Below, in pieces: positions 12,489 through 26,060 of a stretch of DNA of 64,000 nucleotides; within the stretch, counting starts at the first letter, position 1; every line of letters starts with the position of its first letter. The position numbers and the translations under genes were made by a program. Under the pieces are notes generated by a model. That model was given only the letters and a program-made list of their open reading frames with translations. It ran no database searches and was not told the origin of the DNA. Location: NCBI RefSeq assembly GCF_006345805.1, contig NC_043008.1, positions 16,120,001-16,184,000 of the forward strand, given 5' to 3'. The stretch is from Octopus sinensis. Its lineage: Eukaryota.

Positions 12489-13511
12489 ATCAACCGGAGA
12501 CTTCGTTTCCGAGGTTACATTAGCTGTAAGAATGAGTTGTTTGTTCCCAAGACACGGTTTGTTTAGTAGATTCATAATAAACAGCTTTCTTTATTATAAT
12601 GCAGTTGCGCAACGTTACTTTCATTATTCACACAACGCCACTCTTTATAATTTTGGTTCAAATTGAAAGTGTGAAACTATTTTCACTTTGTAATGAAGCC
12701 ACCTGCTCCTTATAGAGAAGTGCATTTCAAATAACTATAGTTGGTCGTTCAGATAACGTAGAAGTTACGTAAATGAAGCTAAAGTTTATTTGACATGTGT
12801 AATTGATTTGATTGTTCTTAACACGAGTTGGTATGAATAGAAGCCATTTGACGACACCTTCTTGTTTGTAATTGTCTCACCTGTTGCCGGTTCAGTCAGC
12901 GAAATATTCAAATGATACCCATCTTGTCAATTCCACAGAATAAAAGGATACTAGAGAGCATCATAAGAGGTATGAGTCTGTGAAACACGTCTAAGTCTGT
13001 TATCTCGAACACGAATGAGAATATCATGATTTTCATGGAGATCACCCACCATAAGGATGGCTACTTTATTAGATGTGGTCGCATTAGAAAAACGTAAAAT
13101 GTTCTTTACTATAGTTTACTATAGACTTAACGCAGAAGCACCCACACACTCACAGACACATACACACTCATAGAATTGATAATATTGAAAACAGTAAAAC
13201 GTACACACATGAAACCAAATGTCATCAATACAGGTGCAAAACATACATTCTGTAGCATAAAAAAATGCAAAGTCGCCAATTTAGCCAAAGTTACTATGCG
13301 TCACCAATGTAACAAAGTACAGAAAGTCAACATTTATTTGGAACATGTACTAAATGTTATAAAATACACGATTGAATGAATGTCACGCTGAAGAAAGTGA
13401 AAGTCCAAGAAATTTTAGAAGGCATAATTCAATTTTTCATAGAAAATTAATTTATTTTACAATTTTGAAACGAAAGCTGAACAAAGCTTATAGAAAGGAA
13501 TTTGCTGTTAA

Positions 13512-13712
13512 AGGCGACGGGCTGGCAGAATGGTTAGCACGCCGGGTGAAATGCTTAGCAATATTTCGTCTAATGCTACGTTCTGAGTTCAAATTACGCC
13601 GATGTCGATTTTACAATTCATCCTTCCGGGGCCGATAAATTAAGTACCAGTTACGCACTGGGATCGATATAATCGACTTGGCTCTTTGCCCCAAATTTCA
13701 GACCTTGTGCGC
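13512..13712 (+). mobile_element. tRNA-derived SINE family B
   Basis: ggcgacgggctggcagaatggttagcacgccgggtgaaatgc..gagttcaaatt..taagtaccagttacgcactgggatcgatataatcgac; same family as 48918-49151. Confidence 0.85.
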
Positions 13713-13849
13713 TGCTGTCGTGAACGTTAATTTAAAACATTTACGGAAGGACGTATGTAGCAAGAGATTAATTAATTTGATATCACTATATATGTATATA
13801 TTTTTCAAGTGTGTAACGTTATAGGCTGTAGAATAAACACTGACTGATG

Positions 13850-14400
13850 CAAATCTATTTTTTACCTCTGTTCTCCTCCGCACGTTTCATCACTGACTAT
13901 TATAATTCCTCTCAGTCTCTTCTGTCTATATTTTAATTTTACCACTCTTATGAATGCTTATAGTATTTAAAATCTTCAGTATTTGCGTTCTTTAATGTCT
14001 GGATCTTTTAAAACGTTCTTAACTCCTCTCATTTGTCTACGAGGTTTCTCTATTTTCCCTGTAGCAAATTCCTTCACGCTATCTTCTTTCTGTGCGTAAC
14101 TTCCTCACTCAACATGTAGCTCTTTACTCATCCGTTTCTTTGCTTTGCTTTCTATCTTATTTCTTAATTCAGCTGATTTGTATCACACGGCGGTCCACCA
14201 ATATTAATTCATCTGAAACTCGTAACAATCTTCGACCATGTTAATCTTACACTCAATCTCCTCTCCTCACTGAAAAGGTCACCAGCTATTCAAACTACAA
14301 CACTCTAATATTGCTGCTTCACTTCTTACGTTCGCCCCACCATATACAACTTGGTTTACTCCGTTACTTTCCTCCTTTTCACGTTTGAGATTTAGGCGAA
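13850..14400 (-). mobile_element. Heavily decayed RTE-like LINE fragment
   Basis: Purine-rich minus strand with remnants such as NLLQGKIE and CDT, resembling RTE RT C-terminal regions; many stops. Confidence 0.35.
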
Positions 14401-15376
14401 TATATCTTGTCCGTGAAGAAGAAATATAAATGAGACATTATATTATTTTACTCCTAGAAACAAATCAACTCACTGAACACTTTTACGAAATATTCATAGC
14501 AAAGGTCAACTTGAATTTTTTTTTCTATTTATTTATTTCTATGACAAATAGTTTTTGCACTGAAACTTTGAATTCTCTTCTCACGGCTCAGTAAATTATT
14601 CAATTTAGTAAATGTTTGCGATCAGTATTAACCAATGTAACATAAGTAAGCTACAACAGTATTCCCATCCAGCAGATCGTAAAACTTTATCCAGTGATCT
14701 ACTACTTTATCAGATTAGAAGCGAACAACAAATACGATTCAGTACTTAACATTCGTTTTATAAGCAAATTCTTTATTTTTTTCAATCGTCATAATTTTAA
14801 ACATAAAATGTAACCAAAAATACACAGGTGTTTATATAACATAATAAATATATTTTTAAATAGTTTATTGCTACTTTTATTTCAATAACTATGGTTTAAT
14901 TTTATATATATGATTTTTTAAAAAATTCCTTTAAATCAGATATGTGTATGTAATCAAGCGAGAAATTCTAAAAACTAACACGATTCTGTTTTAAAAATAA
15001 ATCTAAGTATTTCAGTGCTTCTATCACTTTAATAAATAACGCCTCATTTCACTTTCAATACTAAAAGAAAGTAAATCACTGCACAGCATCGATTTATTCA
15101 AGAAATAATAAATATTCATAATTATTAAACATAAACCAAAAATCTGATGAATTTTACATTTTAAATTTCGAAACATGCCTTTTCCCGAAACCATAAAAAC
15201 ATTAAGGTAACTACATGTCTCTCCCTCCATCACGCACACACACTCTCGGTGTCTCTCTTTCTTTCTCTTCTCTCTCTCCCCTATACTCTTTCTATTTCAG
15301 TCTTGTTCTATTTTATAATTTTTTCCATTCTATACATAGATACAGAATACATATTTAGACACTACCCCTCCCACCC

Positions 15377-15437
<61 letters not shown>

Positions 15438-15689
15438 CAAATACTTCTTTTTGTGTATGTGTGCGCGTGCTTGTATGTGTATGTATTGCATATGTATGTT
15501 TTTATGTATACATACGTCTAAGAATGTATATAGAGCTTTGCGGTCACATATGTTATATATATATATATATATACCCGCATACACATACATACATATTTAT
15601 ATATATATGTATACATACATATATATACAAACACATAAATATATTGTGTATATATATATTTATGTATGTATACATGCATATATGTACAG

Positions 15690-15754
<65 letters not shown>

Positions 15755-16212
15755 CCATGAGCGGATTCAATTAATGTATAAAATGTCATTTTGATTTCCG
15801 AGGCAGATTTACGATGCAGAAGCACAAATATCTTGAATTGAAAAGAAGTTTGAGAAACAAGTGAATTAAAACAATACAAAATACAATAAACTTTAGTGTC
15901 TTGTCAGAAAATATATAAGAAGTCACACAGAACTTTGCCAAATATTTAACTTTAATACGCAATGTTTATTTAATTTTCATTTCTTAATTGTTCTTAAGTA
16001 TAGAGCCAGTCGTTAAATATATTTGAATCTATCCTTAAAATGATTAGGAACTTTCTAATTATATTCTTAATAAATATTTATCTCTTTGCTATAGGAATGT
16101 AAAGGTTATTTCTTCCTTTACTTAATGTCTTTTATTCTCTACGTTATATCTCTCTCTTCTACCTAACTATCTTTCTGTCTCTGACGTTCATATTTTCAAA
16201 TCTCAGTCTACA

Positions 16213-16256
<44 letters not shown>

Positions 16257-17575
16257 TATGTATGTATTTATGTATGTATCTATCTATATATCTATCTATT
16301 TATCTATCTATCTCTCTATGTATCTATATTATATCTATTCACCTCTATCTCTCTCTATATATATGCATATACACACAGACACGCATACATATGTAAATGT
16401 ATATGTATTTATAATTTCATTGAGTATTTCTTTAACTCGTAAGCTAATAAGAAACGGAGTCAACTCAATTAAAGTAAACTGACGTGCGCAGACAAGGATA
16501 AATTGGTAACTAAATATTGTCATATTTAATTAAGAAATCCTTTTTCATCAGAAATACATAGCTTCCAAATAACATTAGCTTTATGTTTTCTTATTATTTT
16601 CGCATTTTCAAGCAACAACAAAAAAAATTAAATACAACTAATTTATGGAAAATTTTATGTAGAGAGACGAGAATCCATAGTGTTGTATTTTACTACTACT
16701 GAAATCTAAGAAAAAAACTTTGTAGTATATATCCCAGTTTCAGGTAAAGTCAATACCAGCTTTGGCTATGGTTTTTGTCTACAGGTATTTCATTTGATTT
16801 ATATTATGTTCATAAACATCCTTTCGAAATTAATGAATGCTGTCATATCTTATTTGCTTTACATTTTATGTTTCAGACCTTGGTTAACACTGATCGAAAA
16901 AACTTGAAACCTATTTCAACCACGGTCCGTGCATATTTATCTTTTTCAACATAGTATAACTAGAGGTATAAATTTGAATATAACTGTCGTCTTCTATTCT
17001 GGCATGGTATACTATGCAGGAGACTTGAATAATCTACGAAGGAAATCAACTCTTTCCTTGCAAGCCGCAAATAAGCATTGTATTATTTTAACTCCAGTCG
17101 TATAATGCAGTAATTGTAATATTCTATAGGTTTTGAAGTTACTTTTGTGTATTTCATATTTCCGCATCTGTGATTATTGCTGTTTTTCGCCTCATTCGAC
17201 TCTCTTTCACTGGACGTATGATATAATGTTTTGTATTAATACCCATCCCGTCCTTCGCTTTCTGGACAAATCTACATAATTAAATAAGACCGCCTTTCAT
17301 CCAGACGGTATGGTGTAGGCAATGTCATTTCATGCATTGCTTAAAACTATTTTCAGAGATTGAGATATTCCGAAAATTGTATTTGTAGATGACACATATT
17401 GAATTGCGCTAAGCAGAATCTAATAAAGGGTTTGCTTGTTTGTGACCCTTAGACATTCTCATGCGTCAACTATAAAGTGTTCTTTTCTAAGTCGCCCCAA
17501 TATGAACTTTATTAGTTTTGAATTTCCGAGACTCAAAATACAATTAGAAAGCCATTTTCACGCGAGTAATTCCCA

Positions 17576-17941
17576 TCTCTCTATATATATAAAGCTGAAG
17601 TTGTCTGTTTATGGCAGGTTTGGTAGCTTTCAACTAACACTATCTCCTCCGACACCCTGCGGCGCAAGTTGACCAAAATTGAGAGTATGATAGAATTCAA
17701 ATCGGACCATGTTACCACCAAAAATCATTTACCTAAAAAAGGTGCTTTTTTCTATAAAAATCCCTATTTTTTACGAATTTTTTAAATGCTGTGTCGCCAT
17801 TTTTCGGTGTATTTCAACCAGAAAAATGTTCACTTAAAGAGAATAACACGCTAAATAATGCAAATTTTTACTTTTCAAAAATGCCAATTTCAAAGGGTCG
17901 AAATGAAAACAAGCCAGAGCAACGCTGGGCTACACTGCTAG
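17576..17941 (+). mobile_element. Non-autonomous Helitron (366 bp)
   Basis: Starts A|TCtctctatatatataaag and ends with a GC-rich imperfect hairpin (gccagagcaacgctgggc) then CTAG|T; no TSD. A second copy lies inverted at 60517-60920. Confidence 0.85.
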
Positions 17942-18484
17942 TTAATATATAAACACTTCCTACGTCACTGTTTCAGTAAGTCACTGTCCTTTTTTATGAC
18001 TGATTTGAAGCTACGACTAATCTATTCAGTCATCTAAATCTTTTATTCTTTCATAATTTTCCACTTTCGCACATCACACCAACTTAGCTCTTTACATATG
18101 AAGCAGAATATTGAAAATACACTAATGAAACTATCAAGTGAAACTACTGCATAATTGACTCGAAAAACAAATTGCAGTCGATTCACATATAAAAGAAACA
18201 GTTTTAATTGCGATACAATTACAATTCTCATAATCTACGAGGATCTCTAACGACTATGTAAGTTAGAGTATACTGTGGCTAATAGAATGCTCATGAAATA
18301 TTGCATATTCTCTCGTTGCTTTCTATCGTTGTTTTAACATGAGACAACTGCTATTAGATATGATTTATTAGTAAATACCATGAACGTCTCATAAATCAAA
18401 ATCAGTCAGCGAAATGCAATTTTCTTTCAATGTAATCACCAAATAAAACAATCATAGATTACATTAGATATATGTACATCTATT

Positions 18485-18516
<32 letters not shown>

Positions 18517-18791
18517 TGTATGTATGTATGTATGTATGTATGTATGTATGTGTGTTTGTATAAATACTTATACATGTGTGTGTATTCTTTTGTAGTTCTA
18601 TTCTGTTGGAGCATCATATATATATATACATGTATATGTATAATATATATATACATATATATATGCATATATGTATATATATATATAAATGTATGTACGT
18701 ATGTATGTAATGTATCTGTATATATAGATACACATACATACACCCAAACACACACATATATATATATATATATGTGTGTGTGAATGTGTGT

Positions 18792-18830
<39 letters not shown>

Positions 18831-19484
18831 CAGATAGATAAATAGATAAAGGTTTGGATATAGAGATAGATAGATAAACGACAGAAAACAAGAATTAATG
18901 AGTTTTTTTTAAAATTTAGAATCACTAAAATTGTTTCGACCTATTCTCGCGCATGTATTTAATAGGCGAAACATTGTGCAGACATTATCTTTTTATTTCA
19001 AGTGTAGAATGCGCTTCTTTTATATGTGCTTCACTCATTAGACCTGGATGTACATTACTAAACAGAGTGAGATGGCAAGATTATCAAACGAGGGACTCAT
19101 TTAAATAATCACCTGAGAAGGTGCATACTACACTTGAAATCTATTATGAGTGCACAACATCTTAACTACGATTAACAGGCGTAAAAATGCGTTGAAACAA
19201 TTGTAGTGGTTTTACATTCAGAATGTTATTTCTTCCATTTTCTGCTATTTATCACTTTATATGAACTCCACACGGATACGATGGTATTCTTGGTGTATAT
19301 CCACTATCGTGTGCGTTTCGTCTCTATTATGACATCAGGCAGCCGATACCTGTAGAGGAGCTTTGCACAACATGCTACAAGGATTTTACCTGTATCTCAT
19401 TTAACTATACACACATATTTATACATATATATAAATACACACACATACACACACACACACACACACACATATAAATATAGACGC

Positions 19485-19665
19485 CCTGAGTCAGTTACGA
19501 CCATGAGGGTCCCAACTGCTACGATCATCAGAACAGCTTGCTCTTGAAATTGACGTGCAAGTTGCTGAGCACTGCGTAGACACGTGTTCTCTTAACATAG
19601 TTCTCAGGGATATTCAGCATGGCACAATGTGTGACAAGGCCGGCCCTATGAAATACAGGTACTCC
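19485..19665 (-). mobile_element. 3' tail module of SINE family C
   Basis: Reverse complement of 21025-21200 (ggccggccttgtcac, ctgaatatcc, acacgtgtct, gtgctcagc). Confidence 0.8.
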
Positions 19666-20159
19666 ATCTAACGAGAGTCCAATATTAATATATGCGTTTC
19701 GCTCCACATGTATTATATGCGCTACTTATAGTTTCAAGTACGTATCTAAGTAGTATTGAATGTGCAATGTATACAAACCATTCCTCTGAATGCTTTATTT
19801 GTTGTTATTATTTCTTCCAGTTTATTTATTATTACCTCTTCTAGTTTGAGTTATGTGTTATTTTTTAATTTACGCTAAGAATGAAACGGCTTTAGCTATG
19901 GAAAGAAATATAAAAATATATTATCTTTCACATGTTGTTTTAACATCCGTTGTTGGACATATTGTAAAAGTTCTGACGGAGCATACGATAGATAAGTCAC
20001 TTGATAGCATCCGTTAACTGACAGGTAAAAATTAAAGAACACAGTATTAAAATGACAAGTACGTTTATCAGGTGCTGATAATACTTGAAAGGAAGCAGTC
20101 TAAATAGAGGACCGGGCGAGGGGCGATTCTAAAGTATACCATATTTAATTGAAGATTCC

Positions 20160-20340
20160 ACTGGCGTTGTTGTGTTTACGTCCCCGTAAGATAGCAGGTC
20201 AGCAGAGATAAGAGATAATAAGTATTAGGACTTAAAATAATAAGTTCTGGGCTCGAATTCTTCGACAATGTCACTTGAAGACGTCGCCCCAGCGTGGTTG
20301 CTGTCGAATGACTGAAATAGGTATATACGTTTAAAAATAA
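20160..20340 (+). mobile_element. SINE family A, 3' half
   Basis: gtgtttacgtccccgtaa..aataagtatt..gtcgaatgactgaaa. Confidence 0.7.
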
Positions 20341-20822
20341 CGAATAAAAATAAAAGACAATGTATGTATAATAATGAAGCTGCAATATTCAAAAGTGTGA
20401 TGCCTTTACAAGGTAGATATGAATACTTATCATGACATAATTCACCGTTACACATAAGAAGTCTATAATAAATTACCTTTCTTCTATTTCCCCCATAATA
20501 ATTTCAAGCTTTCTGGAAATTCAAAGACACTTGAATATACCATTTAGTTAATAAACATAGGGTTGTCAGATAAATTCGTTCGCTGCCTAACCACACTTAT
20601 TCTAATACTTTCCAGAGTTATTTGAATTAACGAGGAGAATATTTTGACTTAGTGTTTTATGGATTTCTATTGTAGCTCTATTCTTTCTTGAAAACTTTTG
20701 TTTATCGTATTTGAAATTGGAATAAAGTTTACATCTTTTCTGACATGTGACTATGGGATGCAAAGTAGGATATGAGCAAACAAAACAAATGTATTTATCT
20801 GACTACATGGTACATACCAAAT

Positions 20823-21209
20823 GTGGAGGCGCAATGGCCCAGTGGTTAGGGCAGCGGACTCGCGGTCGTAGGATCGTGGTTTCGATTCCCAGACCGGGCG
20901 TTGTGAGTGTTTATTGAGCGAAAACACCTAAAAAGCTCCACGAGGCTCCGGCAGGGATGATGGTGTTCCCTGCTGTACTCTTTCACCACAACTTTCTCTC
21001 ACTCTTACTTCCTGTTTCTGTTGTACCTGTATTTCAAAGGGCCGGCCTTGTCACTCTCTGTGTCACGCTGAATATCCCCGAGAACTACGTTAAGGGTACA
21101 CGTGTCTGTGGAGTGCTCAGCCACTTACACGTTAATTTGACGAGCAGGCTGTTCCGTTGATCGGATCAACCGGAACCCTCGTCGTCGTAACCGACGGAGT
21201 GCTTCCACC
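20823..21209 (+). mobile_element. Young tRNA-derived SINE family C with 11-bp TSD
   Basis: A-box tggcccagtgg, B-box-like ggtttcgattcc; flanked by exact acataccaaat at 20812-20822 and 21210-21220. Confidence 0.92.
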
Positions 21210-22047
21210 ACATACCAAATTGCGCGATCCGAGTGATCACTGTTGAACTGTTATGGACAGATAAGTCAAACTATTTCGAAATATCATTTAGATAATAATT
21301 ACAAAAATATGAAGTAGCACAACATTTTAAACATACATATTCGCTTGGAGAAATTGAGTTCAGAGTAAATTGCATAAATAATGCTATATTGTGGCGTTAA
21401 AACGTAAATGTTTTTTGCTAAGCGTTTCACTAAAATATTTCCCCCATAATCCTGAAATTGTTATTTTGTTATATCTATATTATATAATACATGTATTTTT
21501 TTTTTTATATTCATATTACACTTTTTAGTATTTCATGGCTGTTATCGTTTAGAAATAATACATCGAAGTTTCTGTGTGTCAATATCATATTCACAACCCT
21601 TAGGGATTTATCCTCCTACTCTAAAATATACAAATTCTAATGTCGTTTCGTGCTTTAAACATAGTTCTAAAGCAACTCAGGTTTGAACAGCAAATCGAGC
21701 GATTCTCATGACAATAGAATGAGTTTACTGCTGTAAATAAAGTGTGATGAATATAGTGTACACATAAAAACGAAACCAAAAAATAAAATAATTGCACATA
21801 TCTCAGCAAACATAATAGTTAAAATATATTGTTGCATCAACAATACTTTTGTAGAGATTACAATTGATATGACAAAGAATCAAGCGGATCTGTGAAAATT
21901 CCTTGGATATTATATTATATCCATAAATATTAATATTTTCAGTGAATGCACCTTTCCACGTATCCATTTATGATTTATCCTTATACATTTCAACATAGTT
22001 TTTAGCCACATTCCTACTCCATGTTTGAGAATGCCTGCATGTTCACG

Positions 22048-22491
22048 TATATATATATATATATGTTTATATTTATGTATATATATATGTTTATATTTAT
22101 GTATATATATATGTTTATATTTATGTATATATATATGTTTATATTTATGTATATATATATTTATATTTATGTATATATATATGTTTATATTTATGTATAT
22201 ATATATGTTTATATTTATGTATATATATATGTTTATATTTATGTATATATATATGTTATATTTATGTATATTATATTTATATTTATGTATATATATATGT
22301 TTATATTTATGTATATATATATTTATATTTATATTTATGTATATTATATGTTTATATTTGTATATATATATGTTTATATTATGTATATTATATGTTTATA
22401 TTTATGTATATATATATTTTATTTTATGTATATATATATGTTTATATTTATGTATATATATATGTATGCTTATTTTATGTATATATATATA

Positions 22492-22544
<53 letters not shown>

Positions 22545-22700
22545 TGTTTATATTTATGTATATATATATATATATATATATACATAAATATAAACATATA
22601 TACACACACACACACATATATATATATGTATATATGTATGTGTGTGTATATATATATATATATTTATAAATATATACATATATGTGCACACATATATACA
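22048..22700. repeat. 24-bp AT-rich minisatellite grading into TA/CA microsatellite
   Basis: Repeating unit atatatatgtttatatttatgtat. Confidence 0.9.
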
Positions 22701-23689
22701 AATATGTATGTATGTGCGTGTGTGTATTTGCATGTGTATATATCCTTGTCAAAACGAATGTGTATGGCTATAGACCCATACACATATACGTACATGAAAA
22801 CAGAATAGGATAAATACAAAGTCGGTAGAGGAATTAAAATGAAATGGGGAAATGTTGCGGCAGTAATATGTTACAATGTATGAAATATTACTTGCTCTGC
22901 AAAATAACAATGTTTATTGTGTATTGTCAGAAGAGCATCTATTCACTAGTGTAATGTCATAACAAAGGAGGCAGAATAATCACAGATACGGGTTTGGAAT
23001 CACAACCTGGCACACATGTAATGGTTATGCTATAAAAGAACCATTTACTTCAAATTAATTTTTTTTTCGAAAGTTTAAGCACATTTTCCTATATCATCTA
23101 TAGATTAATATGTCCATATAGCATAAGTAATGTTATATGGACAGATTACAGTAGCCAGATGAAGTGTAGAAATCGCAAAATAGTTGTCGAGTAGCTGAAT
23201 TAGAACGAAATTTAGAGCTTTCCCAGCAGTTAATTGAATCAAATTTTTTAAACGTTCTAATCGTTAGTATCTCATTTTGGGAGAAAGCCTGAAATTTTAC
23301 GGAGAGGAGGTTGCCTACGAGGACCCTAGAACTTAAAGTGTACTCACTTTTTCATCCTGAAAGGAAAAATGACGGAGTCTACATCGCTGGAAGTAACGGG
23401 CCAGATGAAATGCCGTTACAAATTTTGCCGTGGGCAATAGCTAGTATTTCTAGGACGCGCTTTATAGTGGCCCGTAATAATAAACCCTGCAATGGTTTCA
23501 TTTTGAGGGTAAAACAGCTTTATTTGCTAATATCCTGACATCGTTAATGAAATATTCTTCATGACAGTGTTTAGAGAAATATTATTTCAAATATCAGAAA
23601 TACAATTAAATGAATTGAAAAAAGTAGTTTGTTGATTTAATATTTCTGAAGCAGCGAAGCTGAAAAATTATTCCGAAATATAATTAACA

Positions 23690-24375
23690 TTCCCAACGTG
23701 CACTTCCTCCTCGTTCGATGGATCTTTAGGCCGTGGATGTTCTTGCAGACTTTACCGGTTGTACACGTCTTGCTGATAGTGCTTTGTCCATTGCTAGGGT
23801 ATGTTAACGATATGTCCGTCCGAATGTGATATTCATTCTCCCCCAACCCCTCGGGCATCCTTGGGAGTATTTCACCATTAAATTCATCGTAGCTTATTCT
23901 GGGAATCCACCTCTCAAAAGACACAGATAGGGTTGTCAGCCCGTTCTGCCTCGAATACCATCTCTCCGGGCTGCCACTCACTTTCCAGTGGTCACTTCTC
24001 TCTTCGTGGTTGTTTTCCAATCTTTCCTGGATGTCACCCTGCACCAGAGTTGGAGTTTGACATGACAGAGCTGCAGGTAAACGCAGCTCTGCTCCAGGAC
24101 CGAGTGGCACTTCACACAAAGTGTATAAGAACTGTTCCAACTTTTGCTGCGTCTGTGCAAAATTCTGCGAGTCTTCTGGAGAAAAGGGAGGATTCCAGAG
24201 CAATGGAGAGTAGCTGAGGGGTGTAGATTACGAAGGAGGAAAACTCTACCAAGATTGACCAATTTTGCATCATCTCCCGGCTGTTTGTGGCGGCAAAGGT
24301 ATTCTTCAGAATTGTCTCCACACGGCTGTGTGCCTACCTGCGTCAGAACACCTACATCGATGTGTCCAGATGCAT
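23690..24375. mobile_element. HERO-like (R2 superfamily, RLE-type) retrotransposon relic with internal inversion
   Basis: Minus strand 23690-24010 encodes an N-terminal zinc finger (CTTGKVCKNIHGLKIHRTRRKC). Plus strand 24020-24375 encodes early RT, frameshifted (SAPGPSG..KVYKNC..LCKILRVFWRKGRIPEQWRVAEG..KEENSTKIDQF..KVFFRIVSTRLCAYLRQNTYIDVS). Family assignment is from recalled similarity. Confidence 0.8.
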
Positions 24376-25104
24376 CAGTCATTGATGTATGCACAAAACA
24401 TTCCGAATTATAATTAATATGCTATGTCAATTTTCAGCTATATCAGAGGAAATCACGGTATGTGGCAGTTTAGTGTCTTGTATCTGATATAGAAGTGCAT
24501 ACGGCGAAGAATATTACCTTCCGTTTTAACAACTGACAACCAAAATTCGTATTTTTCCTTGAATATGTTGATGGAGTTTTAGTGCGAATGCAACACACAC
24601 ACATACACACACACACACTCACACACACACGCACACACAATCATACACACGCATACATGTATATAAAACTAACGACTGGTCTCTAATAGTAATTAACTTA
24701 TATATCGTACTGAAAACCTGACAAAATATAATCTATTAGGGAGTACAATTTCTATACATGCGTTCAGTATCTTCGCAGCAAGTTTAAATTGATTCGCTTT
24801 TCTTCACATTCAGGTACAAACCAAATAATAGTAATTGAGCTGTGAATATCTAGTCGTCAGTTTCTGATTATGTTTCGAGAAATATTAATCTGCACAGGGA
24901 TATATACGTCCAGCTGTGAATCATCTTCGGCTTTGAATAGTTTCTTCGTATACGTTACTTTTCCTTTCCTATGAAACACTCGTATATGATCTAAATAATG
25001 AATATACAATTGTACGTTTTTATTTAAACCATAACGGTGTTCATTCGGTGCTGCAAAATGTATAATTACTGGAAAGTTATGTTCAACTGGTACGTGATCT
25101 AAAT

Positions 25105-25146
<42 letters not shown>

Positions 25147-25200
25147 ATATATGTACATATATATATATATAAATATATATATATGAATAATTGAAAGAAT

Positions 25201-25279
<79 letters not shown>

Positions 25280-25329
25280 TATATATATGAATAAATGAAA
25301 GAATGGAGTCAAACGGTGTTAACAAAATT

Positions 25330-25422
25330 CCTTTACTCTCGACACATGTTTCGAAGACAGGATGTTTTCATTCCAAAGGAATAAAGGGTGCATTATGCAA
25401 TCTTCTCATCAGGAAAGAAAGG
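25330..25422 (-). ncRNA. Type I hammerhead ribozyme (canonical core)
   Basis: Minus strand: ccuuucuuuc-CUGAUGA-gaaga..ucuuc-GAAAC-augu-GUC|gagaguaaagg. Stem I ~10 bp with one bulge, stem II 5 bp, palindromic acaugu across stem III. Confidence 0.85.
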
Positions 25423-25728
25423 GAGCCTCTCTCGACAACAAGACAAACAAAAATTTCGATGATTGCCTACATGGTAAACAAAGCGATAATGAGTGTTTTT
25501 TAAAAAAACCGTTACAAGAATTGATGTCAAAAATAGATAGTAAGAAGAGAAAGGATAAAGTAATAATAGGTAGGGAACAGTATATTATTACTTTATCCCT
25601 TCTCTTCCTACTATCTATTTTTGACGTCAATTCTTCTAACGGTTTTTTTTAAAAAACACTCATTATCGCTTTGTTTACCATGAAGGCAATCATCAAAATT
25701 TTTGTTTGTCTTGTTGTCGAGAGAGGCT

Positions 25729-25822
25729 CCCTTTCTTTCCTGATGAGAAAATTGCATAATGCACCCTTTATTCCTTTGGAATGAAAACATGCTGTCTTCG
25801 AAACGTGTGTCGAGAGTAAAGG
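25729..25822 (+). ncRNA. Type I hammerhead ribozyme (mirror copy, two stem/palindrome changes)
   Basis: CTGATGA 25740-25746, GAAAC 25800-25804, GTC 25809-25811; stem II gaaaa/tcttc has one mismatch and the stem III palindrome is broken (acgtgt). Confidence 0.75.
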
Positions 25823-26020
25823 AATTTTGTTAACATCTTCGTTCGACTCCATTCTTTCATTTACTCATATACAACACACACTTTTCTACACATGAACCCG
25901 GAGTTTCTACCCTTGACAGGTCGCTTCAACCGTGTTTTCTGACGTGAATTTGCTACCCAGGTTTCGGTTAAACGAATTTTCCATGCTGATGATAAACATA
26001 GGACAATTCATTCACCTACT

Positions 26021-26060
<40 letters not shown>

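Larger units (their letters stand above)
25283..25869. repeat. Long inverted repeat (~285-bp arms, 14-nt spacer)
   Basis: 25283-25568 is the reverse complement of 25583-25869 with roughly a dozen differences by eye; spacer ggtagggaacagta. Confidence 0.97.

Noticed and set aside
12860-12960. Strong-looking minus-strand donor (cag|gtgaga)
   Set aside because: The best acceptor gives stops in all three frames; insufficient support.
15140-15190. ctgatga...cgaaac resembling a hammerhead
   Set aside because: No stem II closing pair and no valid cleavage triplet or stem I.
16580-17430. Possible decayed LINE on the minus strand
   Set aside because: Only vague peptide resemblance; no diagnostic motif recovered.
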